A DNA stretch of 64,000 nt, taken from assembly GCF_000002075.1 (NCBI RefSeq), contig NW_004797275.1, positions 1,573,421-1,637,420 on the forward strand. The letters run 5' to 3'. Shown here piece by piece: positions 49,035 through 61,000 of the stretch. The DNA comes from Aplysia californica. Lineage: Eukaryota. The translations under genes and the position numbers were made by a program. Positions within the stretch are counted from its first letter, which is position 1; each line of letters starts with the position of its first letter. A model generated the notes under the pieces. That model had not been told where the DNA came from. It was given only the letters and a program-made list of their open reading frames with translations, and ran no database searches.

Positions 49035-49440
49035 CCGTGTATTTGAATTCGAACAAGTGTAGATCAAGGAATTCGTTCATTGACACATCCTCGTTTCGAT
49101 TTACCGCGTACCCGTTGCTTGGGGGTGCCGTAAACTTGAGTTTCTTACCGAATATCGCCGAAAAGATTAGGTTTGTTGACATCATACCTCAGCTTTGTAT
49201 GATAATGTACGTAGGTTCAGGTGTTTTTTTATGATTGTTGTTATGTTTCAACTTTAATTATTATTTAAAGCCTCTGTAACACTTATTATGAATTATCACA
49301 CACGCACAGACCAACATAGTCGTAAAATTCTGTACGGAGGTCGGGTTCGCAACTGTCGCAACCATAGCTCGAAAGGTTGTGGTGGGGTCATGTTGTTATT
49401 TATCTTGGGATTGGGGCTGGAGAAAAGTTGAAGGATCTGG
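49035..49440. promoter_or_regulatory. Probable bidirectional promoter with first exons of the coiled-coil gene (-) and the CCPG1-like gene (+)
   Basis: CpG-rich segment; - strand donor CGG|gtaaac at 49034 and + strand donor TGG|gtcagt at 49441 point away from each other. Confidence 0.6.
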
Positions 49441-52034
49441 GTCAGTATTCGTTGCGTGAGACTTTATTTTTACCTGTTTTGTCATTGATACGTGTTCTTA
49501 TTCCCTTGGATATCTCCCTAGTTATACGTTATAGCTTTAAAACCCATGGTACTGGCATCTCTCAGACAGGTAACTGCTAGATTTCTCTTTCATCCTATGA
49601 ACCGCCTGCAGCAGTTGGACGTTGCATCTCGGACTCGGACCTTTCTTCTGGAATACACTCTCAGTTACTCTGTCCCTTGCCATTCTTCTGCATACCTGAG
49701 TTGTTTTGACTCCAAGCCAGGTTTGTAGGCCTAGGTCCTGTTCCTCTTTTCTTTTAGGCCTCTCCCCTTCCTCTGTTGCCCTCTACTTTTGCTTCTAGTG
49801 AATCGAATCATGACGTTTGATGCCCATCAAAGTCAAAGAAAAGACTTGGCCCCACACAAAGGCCAAAAAAGAGTATTTCAGTTTCATGTCTCTCCGACTC
49901 TGGAAAATGATAGTGTTGGTGTTTCAATCATAGCCTTTAAAAAAAATCAAACTTTCTAGATCTAGATCTAGTCCTTTAGGTGCTTTGGCAGGAGTGCAGT
50001 TTCATCTGAAAGTCTCTAATTTCATTATGTATTCTATGAAATCTTTGTGTTTCTGGATCATCATCATCCTTCTTTGTTGAGACGTTCTATTCTACTTCCT
50101 GACCTGCATTTTTCCTTGGGCCCTAGGCTAGGTATGCAGAGATGTGGTAATAGGCTAGGGCTAGGCCTATTCAAATGCATCCTTATCTCATGCCTTTTGG
50201 ACCAGTGAACCAATGTAGATAAATAAATTATTGTTACATTGTTCATTGTGTTGTATAATGCATGTCTGAAAGTGGTGTTATTCGAGAGTCCATGGAACAG
50301 GCCTTTGCCTGACTTGCTACTTAAAGCTTTGGGAAGAAACATTTCAGATCACAATGCCAATGGGCCATAGAATAGATAGGATGGCAATCTTCAGTTTCAA
50401 CCTCAAGGGTGCAAGAATATGGAAAGTAACTTTTTGGGTATGAGCAATAAGAATTAGAGTAAGGTAGGCTGGTAGGGCTAGAGGTGCAGTACAGGGGTGG
50501 GGATGTATGATTAGGGTTAAGGCAAGGTCAGGATTGTAATTGCAGGTGGAACCAATTCCCAGATTTCCCCAATGGAAAATAATTACAAGTATGGTGAGAC
50601 GGCTGCCAATTCACTCTCTTTTCAGGTCTGTTTTGTTTATTTTTTTATTGTTTTGGATACTTGGAGACAAGGCATCAGTAGTCATAAATATTTATCTAAC
50701 CTCAGACCACAGCCAGACTTTTTAAGCACTACACTTCAAAGTTCAAAGACCAGAGCTAGAGCCTAATCTTTCTGCAGCCTCACAATTATTTGGCAACAGG
50801 TGGGAGAAGATTGTGGATCAGGAAGCAGCTTCGCATTCAACTTTTTTGTTTCCACTCATAGCTTTTAGGCCTATTATGCACAAATCAAAATGACTCGCTC
50901 TCAAGATGAAATTACTCTTGCTTGCTTAGCATAGTGTTGTTTGGTAAAGGTCTATAGGGAAATTTTAAAGGTGGGACAAACAAGGACTTCTTCAACGAAT
51001 AGGTACACCCATATTATGTGTACACTTATATCAAGGAACTGACCCTTTGATTTGACTAGAGAAACATCCGACAAAATGATCTCCTTTTATGTCTAACCTG
51101 ATCTCACTGTACTTTGAATAGGTATTTGATTCTGATAAAGTTTCAAAAGTCAGATTTATGTAATTCGTACTTTGGCATCCATAGATTTTGAGTCAAAGAT
51201 TAATTTGGCGTTGAAGGTGAACAGTAGTTTTCTAGCGCACCCTGAGTAGGCTACAGGGGATTATTGAGAAGAGGACTTTTTTGTTTTGTAATTTAACTGA
51301 ATGCCACATTATACACTTGCAAGGTTGTGTCAAGGTGACAATGTAAGTGAATGTCTTTCTTACTGGCACTCACATCCTGGCCTTTTGCATTATTATGATT
51401 ATTATTGTATCAGTGTGTGGCCCATTTAGATCTCTTTCTTATCTAGTGAACAGCAATATATTTTGGGTAAGAACTAGTTTTTCTATCTATCAGCTGAAAT
51501 TTTAAAGGGCCTGCTAACCTACTAAAACATAATTTCCTGATAAACCTTTTAGGGCTAGGAGTTGATATGTTAATGTGGGAGCAATGTCAGATGGTAAAAG
51601 GATCATGGGGGGGGGGGGGGGGCGTGGAAGTGAAATAGAAAAGACATAGTAAACAGCTTCAGTAGTCTCAGTGGATCTTCCCTCCAGTCTCCGCACAAAG
51701 AAAATCGTAGGTGGGTAGATAAGTGTTTTATTCACTGTCTAGTCTAAGGCATTTGGGTCCATATCACACAAAATATACACATTTTACAAAAGAGACTTCC
51801 CTGAAAACAGCATAGATTAGAAATGACATACATTTTAAAAACAGGAAGAAAATTAAAGAAGCTCTTTGTGACTTTATTTCAGTAAGAAAGAAGAAAGGCG
51901 GTTCCTAGCAGTTAACGTGACAAGATTTGTTTTCATTGACTTGGATCAAACAAAAATAGAATGCTGTTTTAGGCAATATTTCAAAGTCACTGTTTCTTTT
52001 GCTACCATTTTCAGTACTGAATTGAAGATCGAGG

Positions 52035-55000
52035 ATGTCAGACTCTCCAGAAGAGAGTGATTCCCAGGTCTTGTCTGGCTGGACTCTCATCAGCAGTCAA
52101 GGAGAGATTGTTGTGAGTGTTGTTATTGTTAAATTGATTTTATAATTTTTTGTAAGAAATACTTTCGTGGTATTTTCCTTGCAAAGGTCTTGTAAGTTTT
52201 GCTGCCATGTTTGTAAGAAAAGGGACAGAGGAAGCTGTTGCATATATTCAGCCGTTTAACCTTTTATTTCAGTAGTTGGCATAACCACATAGGCAAAGAT
52301 ACAATGCTAATTTTAATGGAGATTCACTATGTTGTGGCGATGTAAAGGATGTGATTTTGTCAGTCCTCTATCTTTTATGGAATTACTGAGCGTTGTGCTT
52401 TATTCTTTTGTGTTGTGCTGGTCACTTTAGCATCATCTGTTAAAAGCTCTACTGATGATGTCTATGATAAGAGATTCTAGTTTTGTTTTGTTTTGTTTTA
52501 TTGTTTCTTTTTTTCTTGATGATAAAATTTTAAAATCACACCAGCCATTAAATATATTTTATGCTATAGAGCTTTCACATTTTCTCAGCCAGGTGATGGG
52601 GAGTCTGAAAGCAGCGAAAGTTCTATTGAGGTGGTGTCATTGGATGACAGTGATAATGTAGATTCCCACTCATCTCGGAGGGGATGGAATATTCAGCAAG
52701 AATCAGGTTTGAAAAATTAGATCACTCGTTGTAAACCTTTTTAAAGCCAGTGCCTACTTTTATCACTTGTAAAAGGCTAAAATTTTTGTACCTCCCACCT
52801 TCTTGTGTTTCCTATCAGGGCATTAAATAATATGTGTTACTACTAGTGGGATCCTCAACACTCACCAAAATGACCCAGTCACCCACAAGAAGTGGGCAGT
52901 GTCACCCTAGTTGACAAGCATGGATTAGGTTCACAAATCTTTCCATGACATTACTTTTTTTTATATGTGTATTTACACAATGGTGCTGGGGAGGGGGCTG
53001 AATTTATTGAGTTTGTGTCAATTATCTTTGTCAAAGAGTTCTTCTTTCTTTGACTAAATCTTTATATTGAAAGTTGTTTGAATTCATTGCTCTTTCAAAT
53101 TGTGCAGAAATGATGTAAGTTTAAGACAAAGGTTGATGGCTTGACTAGCGGAGCCTAATAAGTTGCAAACTGCTTTTGAATCCCTCTCATGAAACTATTT
53201 TCAGTTGCGACAAGGGTCTACTCTGTTTGTAATTAATTTTCTTTACATTGCTGTTCACAGATGGAGCAGTGGTTTTTGAGGATTCACCAAGTGCTCCAGC
53301 TGACTCAGAACAGCCAGGCCAGAATGATGGAGTTGTTGATGACGATGTTGTCAATGATGTCTGCGGCTCATCCCACCCTTCTCACCTTTCACACCCCCCA
53401 GTGGAGGAATTAGACCCCACACAGCACAATTTTGATTCTTCCAGCTCTGTTGAAGCAAGGGTCGCCGACCTTCAGCAAGCAGCTATTGAAGATGAAGAGC
53501 AAGTTAGTTCTGTCATGAATTTGGAAGGACCAGTGTTGTCAGAGCAAGATGCTATAACCTGTGAGAAGGGAGAAGTACCTGTCGAAATGCCAGTGCTGGA
53601 ACAAGCTTCTCTTGAGGAGACTCATCAACTTGAGTCAGAAGGAACTGATGAGCAAACACCTGTGCGCCCTCTCAGCTGCTCCCTTGGAAGTGAGAATCCT
53701 CCAAAGCAACAAGAAGAGAGAGACAGTGATGGACTGGAAAATCTTCTTGGTGCATGCTGTGCTGAAATGTTGGAACAGTAAGTTTTCAAGTGTCACAATA
53801 TTTTCCCCAAAAGTCTTTTCATGACATGAAAATTTAGTCCTTTTGTAGGTTCTGTTTCTTCTTAGTTATGAGTACAGACTTACTAAAATAACAATGTAAC
53901 AATTCTTTGATGTGTTTATGTAATCTGTGGTTGAGGACAGTATGGCTTTTTAAGTGCAAAGATAGTGAAAAAAATTGTGAAAGAGATGGTTTCAATTACT
54001 GGGATTTCTAGCCATTGTAATGTTTACCTACTCCGTGCTGAGAATCAAGATTCATGAGAAAGTTAATATGCGAGGCGTCATGGTGAAATGAGGCGTTGTC
54101 AAAATACTGAAATCAAAGAAATCGGTATTTTTCTGCCAGTTCGAAAATTTTTCTAGAATTTTTACTTTTTGGCTCCATGCCTTCTATGCCCATTTAAACA
54201 GACATTTATGTGTGGAATTAACTGAAAAACGCTGATTAAAGGGACAAAAATTGCTGATTTTCAGTTTCCAAAGACTCTCAAGCTGTGGAAGTCACTAAAC
54301 TTTGGCGGCCATTTTCTCACTAATTTTATCTCTGAAACTAGGTGAACCCTACCTCTGTCGATCACAAGTATCTCTACTTCTATTTTTTCTAATCGAAGGC
54401 AAGACGAATGAACAAGCTGATGTTGCCAATAACTCCACATGCCCAAAAATGACAAGCACCTAATTCCACCACGTCATGACACATATGTTTATGTTTGTTG
54501 AATTTCAAAGGCTTTACACAGAATTGCTTTGTGCATGGGTTTTTTCTTCTAAGGTTTTTTTCTTCTTAGGTTTTTTCTCGAACCTGAAAATGTTCAAGAA
54601 ACATATCTTGTTCTGTTTCAGGAATGTCAGTGGCAGAACAGATGTGCCTCAGATGAACCAAGCAGACGCTGAATTTGAAGATGAAAATCTGAGTCCTGTG
54701 AGTGTACAGGACACTGACTTTGCCCAGGCCACTGGCACACCTAGAGCTGATGCCAGTGCCGGAACCAGAAATGATAGTGATGCAGGTGTGTTCTGATATT
54801 CTGCCCTGTGTTTGTCCTACTTTCAATTTCATTTCCCTAAGATTGTATGTAAAGTAAATTTGGACTTTTTTTTTAAAGAAAAAAAATGTAGGATTGTCTA
54901 CTTGAACTAAAATATGTGAGGTTTCTTTGAATTAATTTCTTCCTTCAACTTAAAATGTGCATCATTTTGTTTTTGCTGAATGTTGCATTTTAGTTGGTAA

Positions 55001-58000
55001 GATCAAGATCCGAAGAATGCCGAAATGGAGAATATCTATGAAATTATCCAAATTTAATAACTGAATTATGAAATCATTTGGTCACAGCTTGTTGAAGTAT
55101 TTTACAAATGTTTTTAAAATATATGTATTTTTTTTGTTAATAATAATATTTATTGCGTGTCAAAGATTTCTGATGTTAATGTGTGTTTTTGTTTTTTTTT
55201 AAAGATCTTGTCTTATGATGTGGCATGCACTTAAGACATTACTGATGTTACTAGACTTTTCACTGCCTTTTCAGATTCTGACTTTGTCTGTTTGGACCCA
55301 GGAAGTCCTGAAGAGGTAGAGAATGTGCTTTACGCAGGCCAGGCTGCGGAGAGAGTTGAAAGGGTCATGGTTCCTCTGAGGATATCAAGGACAGATTCCT
55401 CCATTGGTCCCAACTTCAACTTCATGAGAAATGAAGGTAAATTAATCATGCATCTACTATGTTTTTGCCAGTGATCTCTAGACTAAGATGAATTCCTAAA
55501 CCATTTGGTTTTAGGATTTGTTTAAGTTGACTTGGGGATTTGTTTTAAATGTATGCGTTTTAAGTGTATGCTGTCAGGTATGTTTGGTGTGTGTGTGCAT
55601 GTGTGTACTTTTCAAATTGTGCCAAGAGCCTAGAACTGGCATGTTGATTTAGTCATCAGATCAGTGCAACATTTAAAATAACTGACTAAATTTTTATCCT
55701 TTTTACATCTAATGATGGATAATAGATGTATTGTACAGCATAGGTCTCAGTGATAATAACATTGGGGCACTGTGTTCTTTCTTTCAAAAGATTGATGTCT
55801 TGGCAAGCTGGAGGCACCATGCTTTGAAAAACACAAGATTTCTGGAAAGAAAAATAGGGAATTCAATGGAGTCTGCTCAAAACTGAACATGGTTAATTTA
55901 AAAAATCTGTGGTAAACCAAATAAAATAGAATCTTGATTTTTTCTTCACTATTTGAGCAATCATTCTAAATGAAAAACAGGGCTAAACACAAAAATATCT
56001 GGTGGTCCTTCAGTTTCGGTTTTAAGCAGACACCATTGGAACAGGAAATTAAAAATAAGAAGAGAAAGCATATCAATGAAGCTCTGGCCACCTAAAACTT
56101 GCTGAAAATGAAAGACGAAAGACTTACTAGTAATCTTTTTTTTTTCATCTTTGAGTCTGATTTATTAAGATCTGTGTGGGGGGCTTAAGTGTGTGTATTC
56201 AGTACTGATGCGTCGACTTTCATTGTGGTGTATTTGGTGGGTTCAAATTCAGTCTGTATATGTGAGTGATGTAAATAGGACTCCAACTTTAGTGTCTCAG
56301 GTGCTGTTGATTGTTTAACATTTATTTTGTCTGTTCACTGGGTGGTTGATTTGAACCCTTAAGGGGCCTGCTTCTTCAATTATTTTTTGTATGTGTTTCT
56401 GTTGCCCCTATCTAGTTCGCTGATGTCTGTGATGTAATGGTTGGTCTCTTCAATGTTGAACATAGAAGAAGTAGATGTCAGTTCAATTCAGAAGTGGATA
56501 AATTGTTTTATAGAGTACTTTCATCTGTCTGTTGAGATGCTGTATCCCTGTGAGGCTGGGTTGTTCATAAGTGCCAGTCTCTTAAATGTTCAGAATTATG
56601 TCTATTGTGTGATAAAACATTTACAGTTGAACCTGCTTTAGTGTGGGCCTGACCAAGACTATCACCTGTAGAAAAATACCACTTCCCATTTCACCCCTTC
56701 CAAGGCTCCCCTTATCTGATTCAACTACTTTTATCAAAATTAGATGGCTGTTTTGGACAATTTCAACTGTGCATTTACAATCATCTGGTCATAGTGGAAT
56801 GTGGGCATAATAGTATCAACTAGTTGTAAACGACAGACTCATCTCTCTTATGTAGGTGCCTTGGGGAGGGATCGCTCTGATGGTGAGGAAGAAGATGGGG
56901 ATGAAGAAACTGAGTCGTCAACCGAAGACAGTATTGATGATCGCATTGAGAGTGAGCAGAGTGAGGCTGGCTCTCTTCCTCACTACAATGACATTGGTGA
57001 TTTGTCGTCTGTTTCCGACATTGGCGACCTCCCTTTAGTGGCTGGAAATGTTGCCCGTAACTACAGACACATGCCCAACAACCATCTGACCAATGTGCTG
57101 AACGTCATTGTGTTGCTGACTGCCATTCTCACCATGGGAATTAGTCTTGGCATCATAATGGGTATGTGATTAGCATCTTGCTTTATGTTTTGCGCTTTTT
57201 ATCTGCTGTAGATGACAATTTCAATGACGTACATGGAGAGGTGTCAGCTAACCATTCGAAATTGTTCTTTGTGGGTACTCCGAAAAATTTAAACCAGTGC
57301 TCAGTGTTTGCACAAGATTTTTTTTTCCTGCTGTGTTTGTTTCTGCCCAGCTTAAGAAAATGCATTTTATGATTTTAAGTGTTGTAGTCCTGTTTTTGCA
57401 ATTTTCTCTTATCAAAAAAGATGAAGTGGGATATTTGCTCTACCTTATCCACAGTTTTTATCTACAACAATGAAGTGTTGCCAGTGAAACAATCTGCCCC
57501 TGTACTAGAAACTTGCATTGTAGATTAAGAATTGATAAGGCTTTAAATTAATTAGACAGTTGAGATGATGAAACTGAAAAATAGTTGGAACATTGTGAAA
57601 AAATGAATGACAGAAGTATGGTCAAAATTAGTTTGTTTTTATTGGTCTTTTTTTTACACAGGCCCGACCATACTGATTCTTTGAATATTGAAATCTTTAC
57701 ACAGCAGGGCCCTGCAGTTTTTTACCCTTCCAAGTGTCACGGATCAATTTAAATGGCTGTCACTCCAGCTATTTTTGATCCCTTCCTCTATTTTTTCAAT
57801 CACTAAATCAGTCCTTTCAACACAGGAGAGTTCCTATTTTACTGAGGCTGGAGAAAGGAGTGCAAAAGAATGATAAATTTTGTTGTTTTCTTTTTTCTCA
57901 ACTTTGGTCAGTCCTTATGATTGCCGGTTCTGGCACTTTTGATTAGGAATAAATATAAGTTCCTTTTTATATGAACTTGGTCTAGACTCAAGAGGCAAAT

Positions 58001-61000
58001 TGGTTATTGGTATTGAGACTAAAATGAAGGTGTTTAACATAATATTATTTCTTATGGTCCCATTTCTTATTATTTAAAATTTCTTTTCTTTGTTTAATTT
58101 CACAGTATTTCTTTAGGGTCATTGTCTTAGCTTCTGTAAGTTGTATCTTGTCTCAGTGATTTCAGGATGATTAAATTTCCTTCTTCAATTACAGCTACTG
58201 ATCTGGAAATTGAGGAGTGGCAAAAGGCTTATGAAAAGGAGGCTGAGAAAGTGAGGGACTTGAAGCACACGGCTGAAACTTTTGAAAGGTTATACACCAA
58301 TGTGAGTGACATATTTGTCAGTGCTTAATTTCTATACAGTACTTGTTTCAGAGAAATTGCTATTGGAATATTTTAGCCTTCGCAATACTCTGCTTGTTGT
58401 TTTTTAGGGTCTTGCAGATGTGAAAAAAACCCATTAAATGTGAGACATCGTGGTGATATCAGGCACCTGTCAAAATAATGAAATCAAAGAAATTGACATT
58501 TTTCTTAGGCCTACCGTTGGGTAATTTTAAAATAATTTTCTTATTTTGGCTCAACACCTTTTATATCCAATTAAAAACATACTTCTGTGTGGATTTTACT
58601 GAAAAGCATTGATTAAAGGGTTCCCTACACTGACAACACAGAATCAGACTTCCTTCAACAAATATCCCATTACATTAGTTTCTTTGGCCCAAACGTGATG
58701 AGTAGTGATGGTTTAAGCCTAAAAAATATTGCAAGTACACATTTTGGGGGTGGGGCGCGGCATTTTATGCCGCTCCATACCAACATATTTAAACATTTCA
58801 GAAGACAAGTTTGCAAAATTCATTCAAGATATCTTCTTGCAATTTTGCACAGATGGTCTTATAGGCATTTCTAACAATCATTCAGGAGGATTTTTGGTTA
58901 AGTTAAAAACTCTAATTCTTTAAAAAAAAAAAAAAATGTTCATTATCATAGAATCTCGGAAAAGCCAGAAATTAGGGGGGTGGGCTATCAATTCTCTTGA
59001 AACAGAATTATGAGTAAATATATTTAAAAATCCTTCAGAGTGATTCTTTAAAAATGGATACAGAATAAGTGTGCAAAGTTTAATGTAATTCTGCTGGATA
59101 GTTTTTGAGTTTTGGCGTCTGAAAGGTGATCAGAAGGTCAATTTCAGAAAACGGCAAAAAACTAGAAAAAAGACAGATTTTTTTGTTTACTTCGGTCTAT
59201 GTAAACCTTCACCTCTTCAGACCCTTACAAAATCAGTGGCTCCATAGAAAGGAATTAGTTACGATGAAATGAAGTATAGTTTAAGTTGAAATAATATTTT
59301 TTCAGCCTTCCAATATTTTAAGGAAATATATGAAAATTGATGAGAGACTTGATTCATGCCACAGGCGTTCAAAGTCGGGTGAATTCACGACGACCAAACC
59401 AAAACTAAGCGATGGTGACCCTTTTAAAATGTAATTTTTGCCACTTTATAACAAAATTTATGTCATTTTACATGTTTCTACCGGTCTTAGACATATCAAA
59501 GAATCCAAAAATGGCCTTAACCCAGTTACGTTGTCTGGGCCCCTTTGACCCGTTTTTCCCCTCCTGACTCCGCCGCGGAATTCCTTAGAGGCTCAAAAAT
59601 TTTAATTTCCAGTTTTCAAGGACTCTCTAGCTATGGAAATTACCAGACTTTGACAGACATTTTCTCTCTAATTTCCCCTCTGAATCCAGACAACCCTGAC
59701 TTCCTTCAATCACAAATATTTCGATTTCTGTTCTATACAGGTGGAAATTTTTTATCGCCTAAAGCAAGGCAAATGAACAGGCTTTAAGATTATACCAATA
59801 ACCCCATATGCCCAAAAATTGACGAACGCCATGTCGTGACACAAATGTGTAGCTCTTGCAAATCTACATTAGAATTGGGTGTCATTGATTTTATTTGTTT
59901 TCTAAGTAGGAGATACTTCAGACTTAATATTAATGTGTACTGTCTTAGTTTCATTACTTCTGTTGAGAACAGATAAGAACTTTTTGTGTTTTCATCATCT
60001 TTCATTTTTGTGGAAGATTTTACTCTGATGACTTGTCAGTTTATTTTGCCTTAATTTTTCAATCAGATTGCCTTAAGTTAAAATGTGGTGGTCTGTAGTT
60101 AACACTTTAATCTCTTCCTGGTTGTGGGCTGCATGCTTGTCCTTGGTTGTCAAGTGAAAGTATGTCTAACTGGGTATTACAACCAACATTTTGGTTTTTG
60201 GTAGGCCCAGGAATGGTGGTGGTCTAGACTTCCAAGGTGCATTTGACACCATTGAAAAGAGAAAATTTTAACTGATTTAAGAAAATTCAACTTTGGTGAT
60301 CAATTTGATTAATATAGTAGGTCTACCCAAAGGGGGGGGAGGAACGATCACCAATGCCAATATGCCCATTAGTCAGTCAAGTCGAGAGGTATCAGCAAGG
60401 TATTGAAAATACTAACCCAAAGAAGTGTCCCAAAACAGGATTTGGCCACTTGGCAAGCAATTTGTGTCCTTGGAAAATTGTCAGAATATTTTTGATCTTC
60501 GTTCACAGTAATGCACCTTCTTTAAAATGCCAGATCTTTCTTATTAACTCTTATCCTGCGTCTGTGCCCAGATGCGTATCTGCAACCGATTACGTCGGAC
60601 GTGCCAGGCAGGCCGCCGGGGTCACTCAGTGTGTACTGCTGGTGTACAGCGCGTGCGCCGGGAACATTGTGTTTTCGCCATGAATACCGCGGGAGTGTGT
60701 CCACCGATGATGAAAATAGCGCGTGCTCTATCTTTCATAGCTTTCTATTTATAAAGTGTTACAAACACATGAATAACCCCCTCTCACAAGCTGATAAGAC
60801 ATTACGAGTAGTTACACCCATTCGAATAACCTTTCTCTTGTTGTTATGAATGACCTGAGGTTCGAAAGGGGATAATTTAGGTCAATTTCCGAATGTTTTA
60901 CACTCAAATTGTTCTTTGTTCCTGCACAATGGTATTCAAAACTATCAAACAAGCTTATTTCTTATCAGGTAGTATCATTTCATACAAAATGAAGCTCATT

